Part shown: positions 1-9,665 of the stretch, piece after piece
Layout: every line of letters begins with the position of its first letter
How positions within the stretch are numbered: the stretch's first letter is position 1
DNA from: Nitrosopumilus sp.
GTDB taxonomy: Archaea; Thermoproteota; Nitrososphaeria; Nitrososphaerales; Nitrosopumilaceae
DNA: 64,000 nucleotides
Assembly (NCBI GenBank): GCA_963662625.1
Contig: OY759726.1
Coordinates: forward strand, 96,001 to 160,000
Reading direction: 5' to 3'
The notes under the pieces: generated by a model
The model's database searches: none
What the model was told of the DNA's origin: nothing
What the model saw: only the letters and a program-made list of their open reading frames with translations
Position numbers and translations under genes: made by a program

Positions 1-1160
1 GAGTTTATGACGGTGCCGTCGGGCTTGGTGACGGCGATCGAGACCGCGTTCTCCCCGGCCGGCGGGAGCAGGCCGGTCATGCGGACGGTCTCGCCCAGCC
101 CGTAGACCTCCTTGTCGATGGAGACCGAGGTCTTCCCGGCGCCCACCGGATCCACCAGCTCGACCGTGACCGACCGGGAGAGGTCCCGGTAGTGCGCCTC
201 CACCAGGTAGACGCCCTCGGAGTACGCGGCCCGCGGGAGGGCGATCTCGAGCGAGAACCGCCCGGACTTGTCCGGGATGGCCGTGTACTCTATCCCCACC
301 GGGGCTCCGCCGGCGTCGGAGACGGCCAGCGCCACCCGGTCCGTCTCGAACGTCGGGGCAGAGGCGGGGCGCGCTATCTTGCCGCCGACGGTCATGCTGG
401 CCCCCAGGTCGTAGGATGGCCGGTCCGAGGCAAGGGTCAGCTGCCCCCCGCCCGCCTCGTACGACCCCGGATCCGCGGCCACCACGAACGACTTCGTGGC
501 CGACCCGACGTCCTGCGAGACCCTGATCAGGTAGTCCCCCAGCCGCGCGTCCGAGTCGGGTATGGAAAACGAGTACTCGAACCTGCCGGCGCCGTCCAGG
601 CGGACGGCGTCCAGTATCTTCATGACGGAGCCGCCGCCGGAAGCGCCGCCTAGGGCGATGTTCTTGGTCTGCACGATCTCGATGTCCATGGACGGGATCC
701 ACACGTCGTTGAGCCTGCCCGTGACGGTGACCGTCTCGCCCGGCCCGTACGCCTCCCTGTCGGTCCACAGCGAGATCGGCGTGTCCTCCTTGGCGTCGGC
801 GACGAGCTCGAAGGACGCGGTCGCGGACTGGCCGGCATACGTGCCGGAGACCGCGTAGGCGCCGTACTCCGGCCCGACGGTGCTCATGAACACGCCGGTG
901 GAGAACGCGCCGTCGGTGGGGAACAGGCTGCCCGAGGCGACGATCGAGCCGGAGGGGCCGGACACCTGGAACCGCAGCCCCTCGAGCGGGACCACCGTGT
1001 CGGTCTGGCCCGTGATCATGACCAGCTCGCCGGGCACGTAGGAGGCCTTGTCGGTGAGCAGCAGGAGGGTGCCGTCCCGGCCGGGCTCCTGGGCGTGGGC
1101 GGGGGCCGCGATCAGGGCTAGGAGTGATACCGAGAGTAGCGCGAGGACACTTGCATTCAT
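1..1160 (-). CDS. large secreted/surface protein with repeated Ig-like (MG2-like) modules, runs off the window
   Basis: Read manually: ATG at 1160, signal peptide MNASVLALLSVSLLALIAAPAHA, repeated TDKASYVPGE / TDREAYGPGE / IDKEVYGLGE modules typical of thaumarchaeal surface proteins; no stop before base 1. Confidence 0.75.
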   Translation of the reverse strand, partial: MNASVLALLSVSLLALIAAPAHAQEPGRDGTLLLLTDKASYVPGELVMITGQTDTVVPLEGLRFQVSGPSGSIVASGSLFPTDGAFSTGVFMSTVGPEYGAYAVSGTYAGQSATASFELVADAKEDTPISLWTDREAYGPGETVTVTGRLNDVWIPSMDIEIVQTKNIALGGASGGGSVMKILDAVRLDGAGRFEYSFSIPDSDARLGDYLIRVSQDVGSATKSFVVAADPGSYEAGGGQLTLASDRPSYDLGASMTVGGKIARPASAPTFETDRVALAVSDAGGAPVGIEYTAIPDKSGRFSLEIALPRAAYSEGVYLVEAHYRDLSRSVTVELVDPVGAGKTSVSIDKEVYGLGETVRMTGLLPPAGENAVSIAVTKPDGTVIN

Positions 1161-1298
1161 GGCGGGGACCTACCTGAACGTGGAAGCGGTGTGATTTTAG
1201 AGGGGGATTGAGGAAAAGTTGAGCTAGTTGTTAAAGTCGGGCATGCGGGGTCCAACGGCAACGCTCCGCGCCCGCCCGCTTTAAGGCGTGCGCACGAC

Positions 1299-1538
1299 TC
1301 ATCCGGGGCCGCAGTCCGGGCACCTCCCCCCGCGCACGGGGGAGCCGCACTCGGCGCAGATCCCCTCGCCGGCGTCGCGCCTGACCGCCTGCCTGGTCCT
1401 CACGACGTAGAGCTTTATGCCGAAGAACATGGCTGCCACTATGGCGATGGCGTAGGCGGGCGCCATGAACGGGGTCAGGCCTACCGCGAAGAGGGCCAGG
1501 CCCGCGACCAGGATGGCGTCCCTTTTCTCAAAATTCAC
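1299..1538 (-). CDS. small membrane protein with C-terminal Zn ribbon
   Basis: Two hydrophobic segments, then CAECG...CPDC; GTG start at 1538 preferred over the ORF-track start. Confidence 0.65.
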   Translation of the reverse strand: MNFEKRDAILVAGLALFAVGLTPFMAPAYAIAIVAAMFFGIKLYVVRTRQAVRRDAGEGICAECGSPVRGGRCPDCGPG

Positions 1539-1675
1539 AGAGTCAGGGCCGGGGCGTGGCGATAAAAACGTGCCGGGCTCGGCCGTAGCAGTCATTCCAC
1601 CAAAAGTCAATTACTCTAACTCCTCCTCATCGCCCGGCAAGCCAGGTGCGCGCACGGCCCGGTAATAAGTGATCA

Positions 1676-1752
1676 TGGTGGGATCGGCGGGATTTGAACG
1701 CGCGACCTCTGCGTCCCAAACGCAGAATCATGCCATGCTAGACTACGATCCC
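1676..1752 (-). tRNA. tRNA-Pro(TGG) with encoded CCA
   Basis: Reverse complement GGGATCG...CTGCG-TTTGGGA-CGCAG...TTCAAAT...CGATCCC-ACCA folds as a cloverleaf. Confidence 0.93.
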
Positions 1753-1827
1753 CCGTAACACCTCAGGGCTGCCCAATTTAAGCTTGACAGGCAATCATTT
1801 TAAGTGCTGGCCCCCGGACAGGAAACC

Positions 1828-2724
1828 ATGCAGAGGGACGACTACCTCAGGGCCGGGAGGATCGCCGGGGAGGTGAGGGAGATTGTCAGGGGGAAGGACT
1901 GGGTCGGGAAGACGGTCTACGAGATCTGCGAGGGGGTGGAGGCCGAGATCGTCAGGAGGGGGGCCAGGTGCGCGTTTCCCGTGAACGCGAGCATCAACGA
2001 GGTCGCGGCCCACTACACGGCGGAGCCGGGCGACCCGACCGCCATAGGCGACACGGACCTGGTGAAGATAGACCTCGGGGCGCAGGTCAACGGCTACATA
2101 GCCGACACCGCCGTGACGGTGTGCTACGACGCGAGGTTCGACGGCATGGTGCGGGCGGCCGAGGCCGCGCTGGACAGGGCGATGTCGGTGGCCAGGGCCG
2201 GCGTGAAGGCCAGCGACATCGGCAGGGCCATAGAGGCGTCCATCAAGCAGGCCGGCTTCAAGCCCATCGCCAACCTGAGCGGGCACTCGCTGGACAGGTA
2301 CACCATACACGCCGGCAGGACCATCCCGAACATATGGTCCATCGGGGGGTTCTCGCTGTCCGAGGGCGCGGCGTACGCGTGCGAGCCGTTCGTGACGGCG
2401 TCCGACGGCGGGGGGTTCGTGAGGAACGGCAGGGCGAGGAACATATTCGCGATAAACTCCAGGAAGAAGACCGGGGACGCCGGGGCAGACGAGATGCTGG
2501 ACCACATCTGGAGGGAGTTCAACATGCTGCCCTTCGCCCTGAGGTGGCTCGTCGGGAGGTGGGACGAGGGGGAGGCAAGGGCGCTGCTGGGTCGCCTGGT
2601 CAGCAAGAAGGCGGTCCAGGCGTACCCCGTCCTGGTCGAGGTGAACGAGCGGAGGGTGGCGCAGGCAGAGCACACGTTCATCCCGGACGCCGGCGGGGTG
2701 ACGGTCACCACCACGGCGGGCTAG
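1828..2724 (+). CDS. map: type II methionine aminopeptidase
   Basis: AFPVNASINEVAAHY, KIDLGAQVNGYIADTA, NLSGHSL, EPF and AQAEHT motifs. Confidence 0.95.
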   Translation: MQRDDYLRAGRIAGEVREIVRGKDWVGKTVYEICEGVEAEIVRRGARCAFPVNASINEVAAHYTAEPGDPTAIGDTDLVKIDLGAQVNGYIADTAVTVCYDARFDGMVRAAEAALDRAMSVARAGVKASDIGRAIEASIKQAGFKPIANLSGHSLDRYTIHAGRTIPNIWSIGGFSLSEGAAYACEPFVTASDGGGFVRNGRARNIFAINSRKKTGDAGADEMLDHIWREFNMLPFALRWLVGRWDEGEARALLGRLVSKKAVQAYPVLVEVNERRVAQAEHTFIPDAGGVTVTTTAG

Positions 2725-2736
2725 CCGCCGGCGGGC

Positions 2737-2910
2737 TCAGTCCTGCAGCTCCCCGAAGATCTTCTCGATCGCGGCGGCCCCGCCGCAGGAGCCGCACGCG
2801 GCGGCGGCAAACAGGACGTCCCCCTCCCTGAACCGCCTCTTCCTCTCGGCGCCGCACGACGCGCACCTCTCCAGCGTGTACGCCACGGTGGCCCTCTCCC
2901 GGGAGAACAC
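2737..2910 (-). CDS. small Zn-ribbon protein
   Basis: VFSRERATVAYTLERCASCG...CGSCGG...IEKIFGE, overlapping the stop of the upstream gene. Confidence 0.65.
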   Translation of the reverse strand: MFSRERATVAYTLERCASCGAERKRRFREGDVLFAAAACGSCGGAAAIEKIFGELQD

Positions 2911-4031
2911 TACTGCGGCACCCCCACGGTGTTCCCCACGCCCACCACCAGGACGGACTGGCCTGGCCTCGTGTTGTCGCGGATCATCTCGCGCACCTGC
3001 TCCCGCACGTTCTCCGCCTGGTACGCTATGTCCCTGGTCATCAGGGTGATGGCCTCCCCGACCGACTGCTTTACTATGATCGAGAACACCGGGATCCGGT
3101 TCCTCGTCGCGATCCCCTCGATCTGGTGCCTCTCGGTGCCGATCCCGCCTATGGCCGCGCCAAAGCCGCGGGCCACCGCGGCCGAGTCCTCCCCCTCCAT
3201 CTTCAGCGCCGCGTCGACCATTATGATCGCGTCGATCGGGCCCCGCTCGAGTATCGACTCGATCGCGTCGCCGGGCCTGCCCACCGCGGAGCCGGGCCCC
3301 TCGGCCTTCAGCAGGAGCAGCCGCCTCCCGTCGAACTCGGTGGTGCCGAGCACCGTCTGGAACGACACGGGCTCCTGCTTGGTTCCGAGCATCATCCCGC
3401 CCACCACCATCGGCCCTATCCCGTCGCCGATCGGCTGCCCCATCCTGAAGGCTGGGATGGCGCGGCTCATGGCCTTGGCCTCCTCCATCACGAAGGGGAG
3501 GATCATCTGCAGCGGCAGGATGAGCGGGTAGTTGTTCTGCTTCTTTGCGGTAAGGAACATGTGGTTGATGACCTTGTGCAGCATGTGCAGCGACGTCGCG
3601 AGTTCGAGCAGGGTGTGGACCCGGGTCAGTTCCAGGTCGCCGATCCCTGGCAGGAGCGACCTCACGTGCTCCCGGGAATAGTCCTCCCGGGAGCGCACCA
3701 TGTGCCGGATCTTCTCCATCACGCCGCCGGGATCCGTGTCGACGGGCATGATCGTAAAGTAGTCCAGGAACGTGTCGATTTTTTTGGACGGGTCGGCGCC
3801 CGGGCCGGCCGACTTGCGGACGTGGTCTATCAGCTCCGCCCTGGCGTCCGTCCTGTAGAGATCCAGCTTCTTGATCCCCTTCTTGATCTCCCCGGACGTG
3901 ATCTGGAGCTGGATCCTCTGCCCGTAGAACACGAAGACTATTATCGGGATGATCCACACCAGCATCATCAGGGGGTTGCTGTCGTCCCCGAACCCGAACA
4001 GCTGGTCGACGTCCAGGTTTGTAAAATCCAT
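2910..4031 (-). CDS. DUF1512-like conserved archaeal protein
   Basis: PIGDGIGP, KAEGPGSAVGRPG, IMVDAALKMEGE and VGVGNTVG motifs; N-terminal TM. Confidence 0.85.
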   Translation of the reverse strand: MDFTNLDVDQLFGFGDDSNPLMMLVWIIPIIVFVFYGQRIQLQITSGEIKKGIKKLDLYRTDARAELIDHVRKSAGPGADPSKKIDTFLDYFTIMPVDTDPGGVMEKIRHMVRSREDYSREHVRSLLPGIGDLELTRVHTLLELATSLHMLHKVINHMFLTAKKQNNYPLILPLQMILPFVMEEAKAMSRAIPAFRMGQPIGDGIGPMVVGGMMLGTKQEPVSFQTVLGTTEFDGRRLLLLKAEGPGSAVGRPGDAIESILERGPIDAIIMVDAALKMEGEDSAAVARGFGAAIGGIGTERHQIEGIATRNRIPVFSIIVKQSVGEAITLMTRDIAYQAENVREQVREMIRDNTRPGQSVLVVGVGNTVGVPQ

Positions 4032-4191
4032 GTGTGAGCCTCCGGCGGATCCAAATTAAATCATTCCTACGGGGGCCGGCCCCCCGGGACGCCAGGCGGC
4101 ACGGCCCGGCCACGGCCCGCGGATCGTGCCGGGTTGTGCAACAGGCCACGGGGCGGGGATCGTTTTTATCTGATCGGTGCCGACTTGTTGC

Positions 4192-4845
4192 ATGGACCGC
4201 CTTTACGCAGCGCTGCTGGCGGTGCTGGCCGGGTGCGCCTTTTCGGCGGCGGCGTTCGCGGAGGACGGCCGGCAGGTGCCAGAGTGGGTGAGGGACGCCG
4301 CCGTGTGGTGGGGGCTGGGCCTGGTGGACGACTCGGAGTTCTTCGGCCTGGTGGGGTTCCTGGTGGAGGAGGGCCTGATCGCGGCTGGGCCCGGGGCGCC
4401 GGAGATCCGGGACGCGTATGACCGGGGGTACGCCGACGGGCTTGCGGCCGGGGAGGACGCGCTATGGGAGTACGTGGACGGCTCGCTGGGGCGGCTGTCC
4501 TTCGTCGAGGGCGCGTCGCTGTCCGTGGTCACCGAGGGTTCCGCCTTTGGGAAGGGCGAGCGGGTGGCGGTGAGGATAGTGAACACCGGGACGGCGCCGC
4601 TGACGTTCGGGTCCGCCTCCTACGGGCTCGTGATCACCGGGCCGTCGGGCGGGGTGGTGTACGAGCCGGTCGCGGCGGCGGTGATGAGCCACCTGGGGCC
4701 GGGCGAGGAGGCGCGGGGCTCCTGGGACCAGATCCACAGCGACGGGCGGCCCGTGGGGAAGGGGCTGTACAAGATCCACGCCGGGGGGCACGACCAGAAC
4801 TTTAACGCCGTCGGCGGGTCGGCCACCGTGGCGGTACTGGGATAG
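4192..4845 (+). CDS. secreted protein with thaumarchaeal VPEWVR..A.WW domain and C-terminal Ig-like domain (copy 1)
   Basis: Signal peptide, VPEWVRDAAVWWGLGLVDDSEF motif, WDQ...GLYKI. Confidence 0.7.
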   Translation: MDRLYAALLAVLAGCAFSAAAFAEDGRQVPEWVRDAAVWWGLGLVDDSEFFGLVGFLVEEGLIAAGPGAPEIRDAYDRGYADGLAAGEDALWEYVDGSLGRLSFVEGASLSVVTEGSAFGKGERVAVRIVNTGTAPLTFGSASYGLVITGPSGGVVYEPVAAAVMSHLGPGEEARGSWDQIHSDGRPVGKGLYKIHAGGHDQNFNAVGGSATVAVLG

Positions 4846-4976
4846 GGCAGCCTGCCGCGGCCCGCGCGCGGGGCGCGTTGCGCGCCGTCCGGCACCGCGT
4901 TGCCGCCCGGGGGCGGGGTGGCTTCGAATGCTAATATACGCGTCCCCCGTACTGCCCCCATGGTGCCGCCCGGGGG

Positions 4977-5435
4977 ATGAAGACCGTCTACCTCGCAAAC
5001 CCGTACGGGTTCTCAGGGCAGCAGCGGGACGGCCCCCTGCGGGACCTGGTGCGGGTCCTGGAGGAGATGGGCGCCGAGGTGTGGGAGCCTTTCGCCCGCA
5101 ACAACCAGGGAGGCACGCTGGGGCCCGGCGCCGCATACCGCATAGGCCAGAAGGACATGCGCGACGTGCGGGATTCTGACGGGATCCTCGCGGTGGTCAA
5201 CGGCGTGCCCCCTGACGAGGGGGTCATGGTGGAACTGGGCATGGCGGTTGCCTGGGGGCGGGAGGTGTTCCTCTTCAGGGACGATTTCAGGAGGTGCACT
5301 GACAGCGGCGAGTACCCCCTCAACCTGATGCTGTTTGCGGGGCTCCCGGAAAAGGGGTGGCGCGACAGGTACTATACCGGAATAGACGATCTCCGCGATC
5401 CGGACGGGGCCCTGGCCAGGTGGCTCGCAGGCTGA
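4977..5435 (+). CDS. nucleoside 2-deoxyribosyltransferase family protein (copy 1)
   Basis: VYLANPYGFS...PPDEGVMVELGMA motif. Confidence 0.85.
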   Translation: MKTVYLANPYGFSGQQRDGPLRDLVRVLEEMGAEVWEPFARNNQGGTLGPGAAYRIGQKDMRDVRDSDGILAVVNGVPPDEGVMVELGMAVAWGREVFLFRDDFRRCTDSGEYPLNLMLFAGLPEKGWRDRYYTGIDDLRDPDGALARWLAG

Positions 5436-5638
5436 CAGGGCGGGGCCGCTTGGGAGATCCCCTCCCCCTGCCGGCTAGTGCGCGGGCAGCCGGCGCCCAG
5501 CCCGGGGCGTCCTGGCGCCTGATTTTTGGCCCATTTGCCGAATTCGTCCGGGCCGTGGCGCGTAAAATGACCCAAAGCAGGAAAAATGCGTGCCGCCTAA
5601 CACGCTTTTATTATAGTTAATATAAAAGAAGGCTGGAC

Positions 5639-6199
5639 ATGCCCCAGACGAAGCCCATAGTCAGCGTGGAAAACGTGGTTGCGTCGGCGTCCGTCGACCA
5701 GAAGATGGATCTCAACGAGATCACGAAGACGTTCCCGGACGTGGAATACCACCCCGACCAGTTCCCCGGGCTGGTCTTCAGGCTGAAGAGCCCCAAGACC
5801 GCGACCCTGATCTTCACGTCGGGAAAGATGGTGTGCACGGGCTCAAAGTCCGAGGAGATGGCCAGGAAGGCGGTCAAGACGGTGGTGCAGAAGCTCCGCA
5901 AGGGCGGGATCAAGGTGAAGAAGGACGCCGTGGTCGAGATACAGAACATCGTGGCGTCCATCAACCTGGGGGGGAAGATCCACCTGGAACAGGCCGCCAG
6001 GACGCTGCCCAGGAGCATGTACGAGCCGGAGCAGTTCCCGGGGCTGATCCACAGGATGCTGGACCCGAAGACGGTGATCCTGCTGTTCTCCTCCGGAAAG
6101 CTGGTCTGCACGGGCGCCAAGAAGGAGCCCGACGTGTACAGGTCGGTGAACAGCCTGCACGCCCTGCTCGAGGAAAAGGATCTCATGATTTACGACTGA
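5639..6199 (+). CDS. tbp: TATA-box binding protein
   Basis: Two repeats: ENVVAS...PDQFPGLV and QNIVAS...EPEQFPGLI. Confidence 0.98.
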   Translation: MPQTKPIVSVENVVASASVDQKMDLNEITKTFPDVEYHPDQFPGLVFRLKSPKTATLIFTSGKMVCTGSKSEEMARKAVKTVVQKLRKGGIKVKKDAVVEIQNIVASINLGGKIHLEQAARTLPRSMYEPEQFPGLIHRMLDPKTVILLFSSGKLVCTGAKKEPDVYRSVNSLHALLEEKDLMIYD

Positions 6200-6237
6200 G
6201 CGCGCCCTGCCGGGGGCCGCCGGGCCGGCTGCCCCGC

Positions 6238-7260
6238 TCACGCGATCTTCCTGGAGTTCACGAAGACCCCGCGGCCCTCGGTGACGGTCCCGATCTCCTG
6301 GCTTGCGATCCCGTGCCCCTTGAAGATCTCCACTATCCCCGCGGCCTCCCCCGCGGGCGCCACGACGCAGAACCCCACCCCCATGTTGAAGGTCCCGTAC
6401 ATCTCCTCGGGCCCCACGCCCTGCTCCTCGATCAGGCCCATGATGGGCGGGGGCCTGGGCAGCGAGTCTATCACGTACCCGGCCGCCTTCAGCCTGAGCA
6501 GCTTCGCGAACGAGCCGCCTGTGATGTGGGCAAGCCCGTGGACGCGGCACTTCCTCGCCGCCTCGAGGACTGGCCCGACGTAGATCTCGGTGGGGGCCAG
6601 CAGCGCGTCGCCCAGCGTCCCCACCCCCCTCACCCTGTCCATGGGCGAGTACCTCTGGAGCAGCGCCTTCCGCGCTAGCGAGTAGCCGTTAGAGTGGAGC
6701 CCGGTGCTCCTCGCGCCGACTATGACGTCCCCCGGCCCCACCTTGTCGCCCAGCACGAGCTCCCTCTTCGACGCCAGGCCCACCACCGTGCCGGCAAGGT
6801 CGAACGCGAAGCCGCTGCCCGCTATCACGCCGGGCATCACCGCGGTCTCCCCCCCGACTATCGGGACGGATGACTTTTTCGCGCCCTTCACGAGCCCCCC
6901 CACTATGCTCCTGAAGGCCGCCCGGTCGTTCCTGTTTGCCGCTATATAGTCCACGAACGAGACCGGGGTCGCCCCGATGCAGATCACGTCGTTGACGTTC
7001 ATCGCCACGCAGTCGATCCCGATCGTGCCGTACTTTTGCATCATGCTCGCGATCAGCACCTTCGTCCCGACCCCGTCGGTGTGGGTGGCGAGCATCTTCC
7101 CGCCCGGAATCTCCACGATTCCCGCGTAGTGGCCGAACCCGTGAGCGGTCCTGGCCCTCTCCCGGGGCCCGTGCGTGGACCCGATCAGCCTGCCCATCGC
7201 CCGCAGGCTTTCCTCGATCCCCGGCACGTCCACGCCGGCGTCCCTGTACGTCAGCCCCAT
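6238..7260 (-). CDS. purM: phosphoribosylformylglycinamidine cyclo-ligase
   Basis: TDGVGTK, GGETA, GLHSNGYSL, HITGG and TFNMGVG motifs. Confidence 0.97.
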   Translation of the reverse strand: MGLTYRDAGVDVPGIEESLRAMGRLIGSTHGPRERARTAHGFGHYAGIVEIPGGKMLATHTDGVGTKVLIASMMQKYGTIGIDCVAMNVNDVICIGATPVSFVDYIAANRNDRAAFRSIVGGLVKGAKKSSVPIVGGETAVMPGVIAGSGFAFDLAGTVVGLASKRELVLGDKVGPGDVIVGARSTGLHSNGYSLARKALLQRYSPMDRVRGVGTLGDALLAPTEIYVGPVLEAARKCRVHGLAHITGGSFAKLLRLKAAGYVIDSLPRPPPIMGLIEEQGVGPEEMYGTFNMGVGFCVVAPAGEAAGIVEIFKGHGIASQEIGTVTEGRGVFVNSRKIA

Positions 7261-7298
7261 GGCTTGTTGCGCCCCTGCTGCGCATAAAAGAATTTGCC

Positions 7299-7409
7299 CG
7301 GACGGGCGGTCCCGCTTCGTGACGCGCGTTCTGGAGTCCCTGGCCGCGGAACTGCACGCAGCATATGGCAGCGGACGGGCGGTCCCGCTTCGTGACGCGC
7401 GTTCTGGAG
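7299..7409. repeat. two ~38-bp direct repeats upstream of purM
   Basis: cggacgggcggtcccgcttcgtgacgcgcgttctggag at ~7299 and ~7372. Confidence 0.8.
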
Positions 7410-7479
7410 CGGAAGGGGCGCGGGAGATCCCCCGTCAGGCGGGGCGTGCGGGGTGGCGCGGGCGGCGCCCGCGCGCGCC

Positions 7480-8205
7480 CTACATGTACATCCCGGACAG
7501 TTCCTTCCTGTGCTCCACGTACCGCTGGGACATGTCGCCAAAGTCGGCGTGGATCCGGTCCTTCTCATCCTGCAGCCCCGCGGAGTCTATCTCCATGTCG
7601 TAGAACCTGTTCACGGCCTCGATGAGTGTGGCCGCCGCGGTCGGGTCCGGGTGCGTCTGGCTCGCCTTTGCCAGCAGCGTCAGGCCCCGGATGTCCCTTA
7701 CCATGCACTCGTTGAGGATCCCGCCCGGGATCCCCGTGATGAACCCCTGCGGGATCATGCTGATGTCCTTGTCCGCCATGGTCCTGACCAGGTCCTCCTC
7801 CGCGGCGCAGTACGCCTTGTCGTCGTGCTCGTCGCTCGCGACGCCGTCTAGGATCACGATCTCCTTGGAGCCCTTCCCGGCCGCCCAGTCCAGTATGGAC
7901 GAGACCAGCGCGTACAGCCCCTCCATCCTGAGCGTGATCTCGCAGATTATCGCGCAGATGGTGCCCTCCCTGTTCGCGTAGAACCTGAAGGGGTGCCTCA
8001 GCCTCCCCCTGATGAACACCGTCGACGGGGGAAGGTGCCTAGACCGCATCACGCCGATCTCAGCCATCCCCAGCTCCTTTATTATGTGGTTTATCGCCAG
8101 CGGCCCGACGAGGCCGGCGCCTACGAACCCCGCGAACACCACTGGGCTCTTCAGGTCCGCATGCCCCGTCTCGAACACCTCCGCCTCGGGAAACCCGCCT
8201 TCCAC
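7480..8205 (-). CDS. PAC2 family proteasome assembly chaperone
   Basis: GFVGAGLVG, HPFRFY and PDPTAAA motifs. Confidence 0.9.
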   Translation of the reverse strand: MEGGFPEAEVFETGHADLKSPVVFAGFVGAGLVGPLAINHIIKELGMAEIGVMRSRHLPPSTVFIRGRLRHPFRFYANREGTICAIICEITLRMEGLYALVSSILDWAAGKGSKEIVILDGVASDEHDDKAYCAAEEDLVRTMADKDISMIPQGFITGIPGGILNECMVRDIRGLTLLAKASQTHPDPTAAATLIEAVNRFYDMEIDSAGLQDEKDRIHADFGDMSQRYVEHRKELSGMYM

Positions 8206-8227
8206 GGTTTACGTCGATCCGTCCCGG

Positions 8228-8575
8228 CTAATTACTCTTCTGGATGAACAGGCCCAGCATCGTCATCCCCCTGTCCGTGATGGAGTACATCATGTACGCG
8301 CCCGACGCCTCCTTTCTCACGAAGTCGTACTCCATGCACAGGTGCAGGTAGTTCAGGAACGACCGCTTCATCCTGATCTTCGACTTTAGGTACAGCTCCG
8401 AAAACGTCACCGGGCCCCCCCTCAGCTGGTACAGCAGCTTCAGGAGTGTCAGCGTGCTGTAGTCCCTCGTCTTCGCCCTCACCGCGTCGAGGACCTGCTC
8501 GTCCCTCCGGACGATAAAGCCCCCGAGCTGGTCCGCCACCTCGACGGGGACGTACGTCAGCCTGGCGCGCAACAT
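8228..8575 (-). CDS. winged-helix DNA-binding protein
   Basis: TFSELY...SFLNYL...YSITDRG wHTH pattern. Confidence 0.7.
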   Translation of the reverse strand: MLRARLTYVPVEVADQLGGFIVRRDEQVLDAVRAKTRDYSTLTLLKLLYQLRGGPVTFSELYLKSKIRMKRSFLNYLHLCMEYDFVRKEASGAYMMYSITDRGMTMLGLFIQKSN

Positions 8576-8727
8576 ACCGTATGGTACGGTACGTTACCTT
8601 ATTAACCTTGCAGGGAGCTTTGTTGGCCCGGCTTGTCTGTTTTTTTACACCAGCGGCGCCGGCGGGGATCCCCGGCCAAGAGGGGGGCGGGGCATCGCTT
8701 TTAAGCAGTCCGGCGCGAACTAGTGGC

Positions 8728-9660
8728 GTGGAGCTGCTCATCAACGCCGCGCTGACCTGCGCAGGCATCGCAATGCTGTGCTTTGGCGGGAACTGGCTCG
8801 TCAGCGGCGGCGAGGCGGTCGCCAGGAAGTTCCGGGTGAGCAGCATGGTGATAGGCATGACCGTGGTGGCCTACGGCACGTCCACCCCGGAACTCGCCGC
8901 AAGCATAGCGGCCCTGGAACAGCACAGGGACGTGGTCCTGGGCAACGTCATAGGCAGCAACATAGCCAACGTGGGGCTCGTCGTCGGGCTGGCCGCGGTC
9001 ATGGCCCCGCTCGCGGTCCACAGGCCCACCCTGCGCAGGGAGGTCCCCGTGATGGTGGCCTTCGCCCTGCTGCTGATCGGGCTGTCGGTGGACGGCATGG
9101 TGTCGCGTTACGACGGGCTGCTCCTGATCGCGCTCCTGCTGTCGTTCACCGTATACACCTACAGGCGTGCCAGGTCCAGCCGGCGGGAGGACGGCGGCAG
9201 GCAGGAGGCCCCCCGGGGCTCCTACGCCCGCCCCCTGCTGTTTCTCGGGGTGGGCGTGGCCCTCCTGTACGTGGGCGCGGAGCTGACTGTGGACAACGCG
9301 GTGCTGATCGCAGAGGAGTTTGGGATCCCCAAGCGCGTCGTCGGGATAACCGTAATCGCCGTGGGGACCTCGCTGCCCGAGCTGATCACGTCGATCATAG
9401 CGATAAGGAAGGGGCACACGGACATCGGCATCGGGAACATAATCGGGAGCAACATATACAACATCCTGATGATCATGGGGGTGGCCTCGGCCATGGCGGG
9501 GATCGCCGTGCCGCCCGACGCCTTCTACGACTATGCCATCATGGTCGCCTTCAGCCTGGCCCTGTTCCTCGGGCTGGTCTCCGGGGTGATCGGCCGCAGG
9601 ACGGGGGCTGGGCTGGCCGCGGCGTATTTCGCGTACCTGGCGTTCAACCTGCTGCGGTGA
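8728..9660 (+). CDS. calcium/sodium antiporter (YrbG/CaCA family)
   Basis: Two alpha repeats GTSTPEL / GTSLPEL and GNxIGSNI; GTG start near 8728. Confidence 0.93.
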   Translation: MELLINAALTCAGIAMLCFGGNWLVSGGEAVARKFRVSSMVIGMTVVAYGTSTPELAASIAALEQHRDVVLGNVIGSNIANVGLVVGLAAVMAPLAVHRPTLRREVPVMVAFALLLIGLSVDGMVSRYDGLLLIALLLSFTVYTYRRARSSRREDGGRQEAPRGSYARPLLFLGVGVALLYVGAELTVDNAVLIAEEFGIPKRVVGITVIAVGTSLPELITSIIAIRKGHTDIGIGNIIGSNIYNILMIMGVASAMAGIAVPPDAFYDYAIMVAFSLALFLGLVSGVIGRRTGAGLAAAYFAYLAFNLLR

Positions 9661-9665
9661 CCGCC

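Larger units (their letters stand above)
4102..5475 (+). repeat. 1374-bp direct repeat, copy 1
   Basis: Matches 24378-25751 (offset 20276); only difference seen is T5188 vs C25464. Confidence 0.95.

Noticed and set aside
1676-1752. tRNA-Pro as the integration site of the island
   Set aside because: No duplicated 3' tRNA segment found elsewhere in the window, and housekeeping genes follow it
4102-5475. Duplicated block as an IS element
   Set aside because: No transposase, terminal inverted repeats or target-site duplication seen
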